Positions 48,681 through 60,330 are shown, counted from the stretch's first letter. The stretch is 60,330 bases of DNA from Chloroflexota bacterium (GCA_009377635.1 WHTR01000005.1:1-60330), one strand, 5' to 3'. Translations and numbers: made by a program. The notes: generated by a model from the letters alone, not told the origin.

Positions 48681-49886
48681 GTGAGCGGATCCGGGGCTGC
48701 GTGGGAGCTGACGGGCTTCCGTCATCCCCTCTGGATGGCCGCCGCTCTGCCCATCATCCTGCTTGGTGCGCTCCTCGGGGCCCTTGCCTGGTTCGGCCCG
48801 CTCGGCGTCCTCAATCGCGGCGCGCCACCAGTGGAACAGCTTTCCATCGAGCGGATCGAGATCCGGGCGGACCCGCCTCGCTTCGTCATGACCGTGGTCA
48901 ATGCAGGCACCGAGCCAGTGATAGTCGCGCAGGTGCTCGTGGACGACGCTTACTGGGAACACAGCGTGGTCCCGGAACGCCGCCTTCCGTATCTCGGTCG
49001 AGCGACGGTCACGATCCCCTACCCGTGGGTTGAGGGCGAGCGTCATGAGGTCAAGCTTCTCACCTCCACGGGGACCGTCATGGCCGGCGAGATCCCGGTG
49101 GCCGTTGAGAGCCCTCAGTTCGACGGGCGTTGGTTTGCGGCCCTCACGATGGTTGGCATGTACGTGGGCGTCATACCCGTTGCCATCGGCCTCCTGTGGT
49201 ATCCGTTCCTGCGGACGTTGGACCGCCGGTGGGTGCACGTCGCTCTCGCCTTTACGGCTGGCCTGCTCGTCTTCCTGGCCGCAGATGCACTCGCGGAATC
49301 TGTCGAGATGGCGGTCGCCCTCCCGCCAGCGTACCACGGCATCGGTCTGATCCTGGCCGCCGTCGTCATCACGCTCGTCGTATTGCAGCTCGTCGCGGGA
49401 AACGGACAGCGAGCGGCAGGAGACGATGCGGCTGGCCGGCGCGCCCTCGCGGCCTTCGTCGCCCTTAGCATCGGCCTGCACAACCTTGGGGAAGGGATGG
49501 CGGTTGGAGCGGCGTACGGTATCGGCGAGGTCGCCCTGGGTGCGTCGCTCGTCGCGGGATTCGCGATCCACAACGTGACGGAAGGGCTCGGAATCGCGGG
49601 ACCGGTCGCCCACGACCGGGTCGGCTTTCCCTTTCTCGCCGGCGTCGGGCTCCTGGCGGGCGTCCCGACGATCGTTGGGGCATGGATCGGTGGCCTGGCG
49701 TATGCGCCGGTCATCGCCATCCTGTTCCTGTCGGTGGGCGCCGGCGCCGCACTGCAGGTTGTCTACCAGATTGCTGCAATTGTCCGACGGCGCAGCATTC
49801 GCGAGCTGGCTCAGCCCTCGACTATCATCGGCTTCGCGGCAGGCGTCGCCGCGATGTACGCGACGGCTCTCTTCGTGGGGGCCTGA
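48681..49886 (+). CDS. ZIP-family metal transporter with N-terminal extracytoplasmic domain
   Basis: GLHNLGEGMAVG and AIHNVTEGLGI motifs, multiple TMs. Confidence 0.9.
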   Translation: MSGSGAAWELTGFRHPLWMAAALPIILLGALLGALAWFGPLGVLNRGAPPVEQLSIERIEIRADPPRFVMTVVNAGTEPVIVAQVLVDDAYWEHSVVPERRLPYLGRATVTIPYPWVEGERHEVKLLTSTGTVMAGEIPVAVESPQFDGRWFAALTMVGMYVGVIPVAIGLLWYPFLRTLDRRWVHVALAFTAGLLVFLAADALAESVEMAVALPPAYHGIGLILAAVVITLVVLQLVAGNGQRAAGDDAAGRRALAAFVALSIGLHNLGEGMAVGAAYGIGEVALGASLVAGFAIHNVTEGLGIAGPVAHDRVGFPFLAGVGLLAGVPTIVGAWIGGLAYAPVIAILFLSVGAGAALQVVYQIAAIVRRRSIRELAQPSTIIGFAAGVAAMYATALFVGA

Positions 49887-50009
49887 GGGCCCATTGCGAC
49901 CGCTTGACGAACATTTCGTACCATGTACTCGACGACACTCTTGAGGAAGGTACGACCCGCGTCAGCGATCCCGGAAAGGGACGCTCGCCGTGCACAGTCT
50001 GGTGTACTG

Positions 50010-51494
50010 ATGCTGTCCCCTAGCGCATTCGACCGTTACAAGGCCACTGTTGATCTGCAACCAGACGACTTTGCGCTGCTCGATCATGTCCAGGAGGCAC
50101 TTCCGCTCGTTGCCGACGTGTCCCACGGCGATCTCCTCGTGTATGCGCGCGCCGACGGCGGCGCGGTTATCGTGTCTCACGCGACGCCGAACCCGGTGCC
50201 GTCCCTCTACCCGCAGAGCCAGGCTGGCCGTCTCGTGCGCCGATCAGAGCAGACGCGGATCTTCCGCGTCCTCAACGATGGGAGGGCCCACCAGTCAGTG
50301 AGCGGTACCCTCTTGTGGGGAGCCCCAACCGTGCAGGATGTGTTTCCCGTTCGGAGCCCAGACGATCGGGTCATCGCTGCCGTGAGTCTCAACATGAATC
50401 TCATCGAGCATGAGCGATTTCAGCGGCGGGACAGCCTCTTCCGGTCGGTCGTCACCCGAGTCCGGGACCAGGGCTTCGCGGGGAAGCTGGAACGAGCCGG
50501 CACACTGGGTCGATTGACCGAGCACGACGGCGTGCTCATCGTGGACAAGAACGGCATCATTCGGTACATGAGCTCCATCGCCGAGAACCAGTACCGGCGG
50601 GTCGGGTACGTCGACAACCTGCTCGGCGAGCAGATTTCGGAGCTCGACACGAACGAGTACATCTGTTTTCGGGCGATGGAGCGAGGCGTCTGCCTCGAGC
50701 AGCGCATCCAGGAGCAGGACCAGATCTGGATCAAACGGGTCGCCCCCCTCTTTCCGCAGCGCCGCCGGATGGGGCCGTTCCGCGGCGCCGCGGGGCTGCA
50801 CGACGCCCCGGAGGGGGCCGTCGTATTCATCCAGGACATTAGCGAGGAGGTGCGGCGAGAGCAGGAGCTCAAGATCAAGTCGGCGATGATCCAGGAGGTC
50901 CACCACCGCGTGAAGAACAACCTCCAGACCGTCGCATTCCTCCTCCGCATGGAAGCCAGGCGGGCCGCGCAGCCGAGTGTTCGGGAGGCGCTCCGGGAGA
51001 CGATCGGGCGAGTTCTGAGCATCGCTGTTGTCCATGAATTCCTCTCCCGGGGGGATAGCAGCGACATCAACATCCGGGACGTCTGCAATCGCATGGTGGT
51101 CGAGGTGGCAGGAGGCATCAACGATCGCGAGAAGCGGATCCTGATAACCGTAGACGGTGCGACCTTCGCCTTGCCGGCGCAGCAGGCTACCTCGTGTGCC
51201 CTGGCCCTGAACGAGCTGCTCCAGAACGCTGTTGAACATGGCTTCATCGGCCGCGATGAAGGGTGCATCCGAGTCACGCTGCGCGAGATGGACTCCAGCA
51301 TGGTGATCGAGGTGGCCGATGATGGCGTTGGCCTCCCACCCGGATTCGATCTGCGAACGAGTCCGACGCTGGGGCTCCAGATCGTCCAGACGCTCGTGCG
51401 GGATGATCTGAGGGGCCAGCTCCAGTTGGCGAACGGACAGGGCACGATCGCCCAGATCTCGTTCCCGAAGGAGCTGTGCCGGCCCATCGGGTAG
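50010..51494 (+). CDS. PdtaS/EutW-type soluble histidine kinase (N-terminal GAF-like, PAS, HisKA_2)
   Basis: LVADVSHGDLL, QEVHHRVKNNLQ, NELLQNAVEHG, DDGVGLP, LGLQIV. Start 50010 or 49923. Confidence 0.9.
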   Translation: MLSPSAFDRYKATVDLQPDDFALLDHVQEALPLVADVSHGDLLVYARADGGAVIVSHATPNPVPSLYPQSQAGRLVRRSEQTRIFRVLNDGRAHQSVSGTLLWGAPTVQDVFPVRSPDDRVIAAVSLNMNLIEHERFQRRDSLFRSVVTRVRDQGFAGKLERAGTLGRLTEHDGVLIVDKNGIIRYMSSIAENQYRRVGYVDNLLGEQISELDTNEYICFRAMERGVCLEQRIQEQDQIWIKRVAPLFPQRRRMGPFRGAAGLHDAPEGAVVFIQDISEEVRREQELKIKSAMIQEVHHRVKNNLQTVAFLLRMEARRAAQPSVREALRETIGRVLSIAVVHEFLSRGDSSDINIRDVCNRMVVEVAGGINDREKRILITVDGATFALPAQQATSCALALNELLQNAVEHGFIGRDEGCIRVTLREMDSSMVIEVADDGVGLPPGFDLRTSPTLGLQIVQTLVRDDLRGQLQLANGQGTIAQISFPKELCRPIG

Positions 51495-51659
51495 CTCGGC
51501 GTCAGGGACGTCGTCCAGGGCCGGTCAGGTGCGAAGAACGAACCACCGGACGCGCGAGCGCCACGCCACTGGCCCTCGGGGAAACCGGTGGCGCCCGTGT
51601 GCCGTGTGGGTGGAAAATACGCATGAGTAGGTCAGTTGTACCAATGGGGGACACGACCG

Positions 51660-52241
51660 ATGCCCGGTGACCGTGTGCTCATCGCCGAAGATGAAGCGAT
51701 CCCGCGAATGGGCTTGCGCGAGCTGCTCCTGGAGCAGGGCTACACGGTTGTGGGCGAGGCCTCGGACGGACAGACGGCCGTGGAGCTGGCGAGGCAGCTC
51801 AAGCCTGATCTCGTGATCATGGACATCATGATGCCGGAGCTCGATGGCATCGCGGCCTCACAGGTGCTGAGCGAGGAGCGCATCGCCCCCGTGCTTCTGG
51901 TCACAGCGTACAACGATCGCGAGCTGGTCGAGCGCGCAAAAGACGCCGGCGTTTTCGCCTACGTCGCGAAGCCGTTTACGGAGATGCAGCTTGTTCCGCA
52001 AATGGAGCTTGCCCTGGCGCGGTTCGCGGAGTTCCAGCACATGGTGCGGGAAGCCGGCGACGCCAAGGCCGCGCTGGAGACCAGGAAGATCGTGGAGCGC
52101 GCGAAGGGCGTACTCATGACGACGCAGGGGCTGAGTGAGCCGGAGGCCTACCGCCGGATCCAACGGTTGAGCATGAACCGGCGCAGCTCGATGCGGAACG
52201 TCGCAGAGGCGATCCTTCTTACGAGCCAGGCCGGTGGATAG
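51660..52241 (+). CDS. ANTAR-domain response regulator (PdtaR/EutV-like)
   Basis: IAEDE, MDIMMP..DG, KPF, RKIVERAKGVLM, EAYRRIQRLSM. Confidence 0.93.
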   Translation: MPGDRVLIAEDEAIPRMGLRELLLEQGYTVVGEASDGQTAVELARQLKPDLVIMDIMMPELDGIAASQVLSEERIAPVLLVTAYNDRELVERAKDAGVFAYVAKPFTEMQLVPQMELALARFAEFQHMVREAGDAKAALETRKIVERAKGVLMTTQGLSEPEAYRRIQRLSMNRRSSMRNVAEAILLTSQAGG

Positions 52242-52248
52242 CGAGTGG

Positions 52249-52407
52249 TCAAGCCATCGGCAGGGGGATGCGGATCCCGAAGATTGTCGAGACGAAGACG
52301 GTCACGGAGACCAGTAGGACGAGCATCGCTGCGGCGAACGCGACGGCCAGAATGATCCCACAGCCGAACTTGAAACCGTCCGTGACGGACAGCGTCACGC
52401 TTCGCAC
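52249..52407 (-). CDS. Small membrane protein (52 aa)
   Basis: Manual translation MRSVTLSVTDGFKFGCGIILAVAFAAAMLVLLVSVTVFVSTIFGIRIPLPMA; starts just after the upstream stop. Confidence 0.65.
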   Translation of the reverse strand: MRSVTLSVTDGFKFGCGIILAVAFAAAMLVLLVSVTVFVSTIFGIRIPLPMA

Positions 52408-52417
52408 TTCGGCTCGA

Positions 52418-52873
52418 TCATGGTATGCGTGCTGCTGCCTTCCGGATGTCGGCCGCTAGACGAAGTGCCTCCTCCTCGAGCCGGGCGAAGAGCTCCTGCG
52501 CGTAGTGGTCCGCGTTCGCTGATAGCTCGGCTGCCTCCTCGCGAGCGTGGTTGACGATCCGCTCTCTCTCGAGCTCCGCCGACTTGCGGATCGTGTGTTC
52601 GGAGACCACATATGCGGCGTGGTCGCGGGCACGGTCGAGAACACGTTCCGCCTCGTCGCGCGCCTCAGTTACGATGCGCTCTCGTTCACGCATGATGCGG
52701 TCGGCCTCCACGATTGCATCTGGCATCTCGTCTCGGATCACATCGATAAGGTCCAGCAGTTGATCCCGCGACACGACGATGCGGCCCCCGACGGGAAAGC
52801 CCGGGGCGGATGCGAGAACCTCTTCCATTTGGTCGAGCAGGGCGAGAACGTCGATCTTCGTCCCTACACGCAT
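52418..52873 (-). CDS. Coiled-coil protein (SepIVA/DivIVA-like or ATP synthase b-like family)
   Basis: LLDQMEE...P..GR.......L.LID.IR..P....A..I..ERE pattern; helical. Confidence 0.75.
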   Translation of the reverse strand: MRVGTKIDVLALLDQMEEVLASAPGFPVGGRIVVSRDQLLDLIDVIRDEMPDAIVEADRIMRERERIVTEARDEAERVLDRARDHAAYVVSEHTIRKSAELERERIVNHAREEAAELSANADHYAQELFARLEEEALRLAADIRKAAARIP

Positions 52874-53062
52874 TGCTTCCCACCTACCATGCGGCTAAGG
52901 CGTCGTTATTCTACGCGCGTCCTCGTCGGGCGGGCAATCCTCTGCTGGAGTCTCGCTCGCCCAGATTGTGTCAGGTGAGTGCCGATTCTGCGCGCAAAGT
53001 TCCCTGAACGGGCATCGGTCAGAGGTGCCCCGAGGACTGGCTGACGGTATAATCTGCGCCCA

Positions 53063-54250
53063 ATGGCACATGTATTTCGCTTCGTCAGCGCGAGTCGAGC
53101 CCGCCGGCTCCTCACGGCAGCTGCCGTCGTCGTCCTTCTGGCTGCGACGCAGGTGTATCGACTGATCCCGGCTGAAGCGTCCCAATCTTCGCTCCACGCC
53201 CTGCAGACTGACCGCCCGCTCCGCATGGCGTACTATTTCCCGCTGGACCGGGCGTCGTTCGACTCGCTGCGCGAGAATGTGCAGCGCCTTGATGTCGTCG
53301 CCCCACACTGGCTGACGATGAGTGGCGACGGCCGCGTTCGGTCCTCGGAGGTGGGTGACGTGGTTGCCTTCCTCCGATCCTCAGAGGTGGTGGTCCTTCC
53401 GTCGGTCGCGCTTGAGAATCACGACGCGGCGCATCCCGTCCTCGGCGACCCCGCATTGTCAGCGATCGCCATGGACGAGCTGGTAGCGGCGGCGTCGCAA
53501 TGGGACGGGCTGGCGCTCGATTTCGAGGGCGTCGATCCTGCCGATCGCGATGCGCTGACTGCGTTCATCCGGACGCTTGGCGATCGTCTGCGTGCGTCCG
53601 GCAAGGTGTTCGCGATCGCGCTCCCTGCGAAGAATGGTGACATGGTCACCGGCTGGTCAGGCGCATACGACTACGCGGCCATCTCAGGGGCAGCCGACCT
53701 CTACCTCATCATGGCCTACGGGTACCGCACGAGCGCGAGCTCCATACCGGGATCCACTTCGCCGCTTTCGTGGGTGGACCAGGTGATGGCATTCGCGGCC
53801 ACCCAGCTCCCGGTCGACCGGGTCATCCTGGGAGTGGCATTCTACGGATACGATTGGAACCTCGCGCAGGGGCCGCCGGCCCGCGCGCTGCGCTACGTCG
53901 ATACGGGGGAGGTGCTCGCGACGACCGGCGCAACCGCGCAGTTCGACCCGGAGGTCGGGTCTGCCACGTTCTCGTATGAGCGAGATGGTGAGGCGCATGA
54001 CGTCTGGTTCGAGGATGATCGCTCCGTCGGAGCAAAGCTTGACCTCGTGGCGAAGTATGGGCTCCGCGGTGCGGGTGCCTGGCGCCTGGGACAGGAGCAC
54101 CCAGGGACTTGGCGTCTGTGGGACGATCTCCTCAGCCAGAAGGTGGCGGGGGCCGCGGACTGCGCGCCAATCCAAGGGGCGAGCCTGGTCGCGGTGGGTC
54201 CGATCGTTGTGGCCTTTCTCGCAACGCTCTCTGGCACACTCAAACGCTGA
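53063..54250 (+). CDS. Glycoside hydrolase family 18 protein (YaaH/SleL-like)
   Basis: Signal/TM; DGLALDFE, MAY, LGVAFYGYDW, VWFED, WRLGQE; TATAAT at 53048-53053. Confidence 0.88.
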   Translation: MAHVFRFVSASRARRLLTAAAVVVLLAATQVYRLIPAEASQSSLHALQTDRPLRMAYYFPLDRASFDSLRENVQRLDVVAPHWLTMSGDGRVRSSEVGDVVAFLRSSEVVVLPSVALENHDAAHPVLGDPALSAIAMDELVAAASQWDGLALDFEGVDPADRDALTAFIRTLGDRLRASGKVFAIALPAKNGDMVTGWSGAYDYAAISGAADLYLIMAYGYRTSASSIPGSTSPLSWVDQVMAFAATQLPVDRVILGVAFYGYDWNLAQGPPARALRYVDTGEVLATTGATAQFDPEVGSATFSYERDGEAHDVWFEDDRSVGAKLDLVAKYGLRGAGAWRLGQEHPGTWRLWDDLLSQKVAGAADCAPIQGASLVAVGPIVVAFLATLSGTLKR

Positions 54251-54884
54251 GGCTTCTCTTTCGCCCTCCACGCCGCGAACGCGGGCTGCGTGCCCCCGAG
54301 ACGGAGCGGTTGCCGCGGATAAAGTAGCGCAGAGGACGCAGAGCCCACTCACCAGCGTAGTCCACGCCAATCCTCGGGCTGACGCCGACGTTCTCCGGCG
54401 GGATGGGCTCGCCCGGCGTGATCCCAAGCGGACTCACGGTCAGGTCCGCTCGGTTCCAGGCGCCGTTCAGCCCAAATGCCCGGCACAGCTTGCCCGGGCC
54501 GTCTGCGGACAGAGCTAGGCCGGCGATCGGCTCGACTGCGCGGAGTAGCACCGCGCACGGTTGCCCCACCTCCTCCGTCACGACGTTGAGACACCAGTAC
54601 ATGCCGTAGATCAGGTAGATGTACGCGTGCCCGGATTCCTCGTACATCGGGGCCGTGCGTTGCGTTTGGCCTCGCCACGCGTGACAGGCCCGGTCCAGCT
54701 CGCCAAGGTAGGCCTCGGTCTCGACGATCCGCCCAATCCTTGGCGCCGCGTCGGGTAGGCTGAGGGTGAGGTCGCGACCGAGCAGGTCGCGCGCGACCTC
54801 CTGCGTCGGACGCTGATAGAAGGCACGGGGAAGCGGAGCTGCGGGGGAGCCGGGCCCGGGCACCGAGGGCTCGGAGGTGATCAC
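54240..54884 (-). CDS. DNA-3-methyladenine glycosylase (MPG/AAG family)
   Basis: GRIVETEAY, YIYLIYGMYWCLNVV, AVLLRA.EP, GPGKLC, PRIGV. Confidence 0.94.
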   Translation of the reverse strand: MITSEPSVPGPGSPAAPLPRAFYQRPTQEVARDLLGRDLTLSLPDAAPRIGRIVETEAYLGELDRACHAWRGQTQRTAPMYEESGHAYIYLIYGMYWCLNVVTEEVGQPCAVLLRAVEPIAGLALSADGPGKLCRAFGLNGAWNRADLTVSPLGITPGEPIPPENVGVSPRIGVDYAGEWALRPLRYFIRGNRSVSGARSPRSRRGGRKRSLSV

Positions 54885-54969
54885 GCCTCCGCCCTCATCG
54901 CCCAGGCCGGTGCTTGATCGTAGGGTACGTGCCGCGAAACGGGTGGATCGTCATGGACGTCACGCTTGC

Positions 54970-56007
54970 CTACCCGCCCCCGCCCTGGAGCGCGGCGCTG
55001 CACAGCGGCACCAGCCCGAGAACGAGGATGAAGGCGATCAGACCGAGGGCCACGATCGGCCAGGTCTCGCTGCGGCGCCGAGCTGCGGGACCGACAACGC
55101 TCCCTGTTCGCTGCCCATGTGTCCCGGCGACCCGCGCGAGGGGTGGAGCGTTGGGCTCGGCTGCGCGGACCAGCCGCGTGGGCTGCTCCGCAAAGTCATC
55201 GAGCTGGAGAAGCTCTCGGGCGAGCTCAGCGCCCGTCGAAGGTCGTCGCCCCGGGTCCTTTTCCATCGCATGGAGAATAGCGCGCTCCACGCTGGGCGGC
55301 ACCGCAGGGTTAAATCGTGAGGGTGGTGGGGGCGGCTGCGTGACATGCTTCGTCGCGATCTCGATGGCGCTCTCCCCCTCGAACGGCAGTCGGCCTGTTG
55401 CGATCTCGTAGAGCACGACGCCCAGAGAGTACAGATCCGAGGCCGGCGTCGCGGGAGCCCCGCGAGCCTGCTCAGGCGACAGATAGTGCGCGGTCCCGAG
55501 GACGCTGCCCGCCTCAGTGAGGGATGCGCTCCCCCTCGCAACCGCGATTCCAAAGTCGACGAGCTTGGCTGCCCCTTCAGAGCTGACGAGGATGTTGTGT
55601 GGCTTCACGTCTCGGTGCACCATGCCTGCCCGGTGCGCGTAGTCGAGCGCCGTGGCGATCTGGACACCGATATCGATCGACATGTCGACCGTGGCCTCGC
55701 CTCTTCGGATGAGGTCCTTGGCAGACTTCCCTTCGACGAGCTGCATGACGATGAAGTGATTGCCACCTTCTGTGCCGACATCGTAGACGTCGACAATTCC
55801 GGGATGGCTCAGGGCAGCGATCGCGCGAGCTTCTCGCTCGAAACGGGCGACGAACCCCTGGTCGGCCGCGTACTGGGGATGCAGGACCTTCAGGGCAACG
55901 CGCCGGCCGAGCGCGGTGTCCTCGGCGACGAACACGCGCGCCATGCCACCGGTCCCGATCTCGCGCAGAATGCGATAGCGGCCGGCGAGAGGCTTCCGCT
56001 CATCCAA
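54970..56007 (-). CDS. Hanks-type Ser/Thr protein kinase (PknB-like, single TM, no PASTA)
   Basis: GTGGMARV, VALKVL, HRDVKPHN, DFG, YLSPEQ, SDLYSLG; C-terminal TM. Confidence 0.94.
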   Translation of the reverse strand: MDERKPLAGRYRILREIGTGGMARVFVAEDTALGRRVALKVLHPQYAADQGFVARFEREARAIAALSHPGIVDVYDVGTEGGNHFIVMQLVEGKSAKDLIRRGEATVDMSIDIGVQIATALDYAHRAGMVHRDVKPHNILVSSEGAAKLVDFGIAVARGSASLTEAGSVLGTAHYLSPEQARGAPATPASDLYSLGVVLYEIATGRLPFEGESAIEIATKHVTQPPPPPSRFNPAVPPSVERAILHAMEKDPGRRPSTGAELARELLQLDDFAEQPTRLVRAAEPNAPPLARVAGTHGQRTGSVVGPAARRRSETWPIVALGLIAFILVLGLVPLCSAALQGGGG

Positions 56008-56031
56008 CGCTGTATCACCTCCACGCCCGGG

Positions 56032-58041
56032 CTATTCCGTTGGCCGCCCGAACTCCCTGTGTCGGAAGCGCGCTGGTACCGCGGCGACCCGCCGGCCGAG
56101 CGCACTCGGCCCTCTGGGCTGCTCGGCGTCCGTCCTGCGCAGTGCTGCCAGCTCGCGATTGTGCTCGAGGATCTTCGCCTTGATCTGGTCCGCTGCGTCG
56201 GGGTCCATGTCCGGTAAGAGTGCCGTCAGGTCGCGCAGCTCGAGTGTGAGGCGTATCGACCGGACCTGCCGCGCGATGGACTGGGCGGCTGCCGAAACCT
56301 GCGCGTCACTCAACGCCTCGACATCCCGCAGCAACTGGCGCACTCGCGCCGTGGGTTCTTCGAGCCACGGGTCTGTGACCAGGGCTAACGGATCGGGCCG
56401 CCATTCCCCGCGGCCTGTCGAACGCAGCGTCTCCGCGGCGCGCATGGCCAACGCCCGGGCCGATGGGTCCGCGAAGTCTGTTGTCTCCAGATCGATGGTT
56501 GGGAGACCGCGTTGGGCCGCGGCGACCAACAGTGCGATGGCGTAGTACTCTTCGCTCCCGCCGACAGGAGGCGCAGGAGGATTGGGATGAGGCCGGGGAT
56601 CAGCGGACTGCGGCCGGAAAGCCGGCACGTGCCGCCCTGTCTCCGGTGTCCTGGCGCCGGGTCCCGGGCCGGCGCGTCGGCCACTGGTCCCCAGCGCGCG
56701 GCCCTTGGCTGCTTCGGAGCGCACGCGCTCCGCGACCGCTGTTGAGTCGACGCCCAGGCGCTGGGCGCTGAGCTCGATGTAATGGGAGCGCTGGATCGGA
56801 TCAGCGATGTCGCGAAGGAGGGGGGCGAGCACGTCTGCAGCCTCGGCTTTGCCCCGCGCTGTTGAGAGGTCGTGTCGAGTCGCTACCCAGTCGAGCGCGT
56901 GCTCGACCACTGGACGGGCATTCGCGATGGCGGCGCGCCACTGGTCTGGGTCGCCGAGGATGACCTCGTCAGGATCCTTTCCCTGGGGCAGGGCGGCACT
57001 GGTAATGCGCGCGCGGGATGTCGCCTCGTACCGCACGAGGCCGCGCCAGGTCGGAACCGGGACAGCGGCATCGGCAAGCGCCGTGCGAGCCACCTCCGCG
57101 CCGTGCAGGGCCGCGCTCTCGCCGGCGGCGTCTGGGTCGAGTGCAAGACAGATCTCCGATGCGATCCGCGCGAGCTGCCGTAGCTGTCGGTCTGTTATGG
57201 ATGTGCCCAGGGTCGCCACGACGTTTCGGAATCCCTCCTGATGGGCGATGACGACATCGACGTAGCCTTCGACGACGACGGCTCGGCGCTCCTGGCGGAT
57301 TGCATCGCGGGCACTATGGATCCCGAAGAGTACCATCCCCTTGTCGAAGAGCGTCGTCTGTGGGCCGTTCAGATATTTCGGTTGCGCGTCACTGGCCAGC
57401 GCCCGCGCACCAAAGCTGACGATGTGGCCTTCGACCTCGCGGATGGGAAACATGAGGCGGCCCCGGTACCGGTCCCGTGGAGGTCCATCCTCGGGCGCAT
57501 ACAGGAGGCCGGCTGCCAGCAGCTCCTCCGGCGTGAAGCCCTGACTGAGGAGTTGCCGCTGCACCGCGTCGGCGCTGTCCGGCGCCAGCCCAAGGAGAAA
57601 CGAGCGGACCGATTCCTCCGAGATCCCGCGGCTCGCGACGATCTTCTTGCCCGCGGCGGAGTTGAGCAGGACGCTGTGGTAGTAGACCGCGGCCGCCTCG
57701 TTGGCGGCGTGCAGACGCCGATTGGCCTCCCGGCGCTCGTCGCTCTCCCGAGCGTATGAAACGGGAACACCGATTCGGTCCGCGAGGCGGCGGAGCGCCT
57801 CGGCAAAGGAGAGATTCTCGATCTTCATGAGGAACGAGAAGACGTCGCCTCCCTCCCCACAGCCGAAGCAGTGCCAGCGTCCGGTATCGGGAAACAGTAC
57901 GAAGGAGGGCGTCTTCTCGGTGTGGAACGGGCAGAGCGCCTTGAAGGTCCGACCGGCTTTCTTGAGTGAGACATACTGCGCGACGAGGTCGACGATGTCG
58001 ACTCCCGCCCGGACCTGCTCGACCGGCGATGCTTCCTTCAT
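56032..58041 (-). CDS. dnaG: DNA primase
   Basis: CPFH.EKTPSF...CFGC, RLMFPI, KYLN, VVVEGYVD, DPDAAG, KDPDE. Confidence 0.96.
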   Translation of the reverse strand: MKEASPVEQVRAGVDIVDLVAQYVSLKKAGRTFKALCPFHTEKTPSFVLFPDTGRWHCFGCGEGGDVFSFLMKIENLSFAEALRRLADRIGVPVSYARESDERREANRRLHAANEAAAVYYHSVLLNSAAGKKIVASRGISEESVRSFLLGLAPDSADAVQRQLLSQGFTPEELLAAGLLYAPEDGPPRDRYRGRLMFPIREVEGHIVSFGARALASDAQPKYLNGPQTTLFDKGMVLFGIHSARDAIRQERRAVVVEGYVDVVIAHQEGFRNVVATLGTSITDRQLRQLARIASEICLALDPDAAGESAALHGAEVARTALADAAVPVPTWRGLVRYEATSRARITSAALPQGKDPDEVILGDPDQWRAAIANARPVVEHALDWVATRHDLSTARGKAEAADVLAPLLRDIADPIQRSHYIELSAQRLGVDSTAVAERVRSEAAKGRALGTSGRRAGPGPGARTPETGRHVPAFRPQSADPRPHPNPPAPPVGGSEEYYAIALLVAAAQRGLPTIDLETTDFADPSARALAMRAAETLRSTGRGEWRPDPLALVTDPWLEEPTARVRQLLRDVEALSDAQVSAAAQSIARQVRSIRLTLELRDLTALLPDMDPDAADQIKAKILEHNRELAALRRTDAEQPRGPSALGRRVAAVPARFRHREFGRPTE

Positions 58042-58047
58042 GAGGCG

Positions 58048-60330
<2,283 letters not shown>

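Noticed and set aside
51520-51560. AGGTG...CACCGG resembling a ZTP riboswitch or SRP RNA
   Set aside because: Lacks the GACUGGCG and CGCCUGGGC elements of ZTP and the GGAAG-AGCAG core of SRP.

Overview
High-GC bacterial chromosomal segment using genetic code 11. Gene content (lipoprotein siderophore ABC system with no TonB receptor, Pro/Thr-rich membrane proteins, immune-inhibitor-A-like peptidase, PknB-like kinase) suggests a monoderm, most likely Chloroflexota; this is an inference. The left part has serA and a class V aminotransferase, a LAL-type LuxR regulator with a SAM methyltransferase, and an apt-mtnA-mtnP-pfkB-ahcY-metK-pgm-pgi/pmi SAM-recycling operon. It continues with a YggX-like and EVE-like pair, a DD-carboxypeptidase, ilvE, a two-component system, a XerD-type recombinase and a metallopeptidase. 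The middle (~29.5-49.9 kb) is an iron/oxidative-stress island: FecBCDE-like uptake, an rhbABCDEF/schizokinen-type NIS siderophore cluster (first synthetase frameshifted), two Fur-family genes, and a divergent operon (small hidden ORF, DPSL thioferritin, Rieske ferredoxin, Tat two-domain multicopper oxidase, ZIP transporter), followed by a PdtaS/PdtaR-like ANTAR pair. The right part has GH18, MPG glycosylase, a Ser/Thr kinase, dnaG and partial ppdK. The most notable observations are two candidate selenoproteins hidden from the ORF track by in-frame UGA codons. One is an 83-aa U-G-G-C protein (45858-46109) heading the DPSL operon behind a near-consensus promoter. The other is a methyltransferase with a C-U-L-P motif and a SECIS-like hairpin (3523-4632). 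No rRNA, tRNA, CRISPR array or transposase was seen. No sel machinery genes are in this window, so Sec decoding is unconfirmed.
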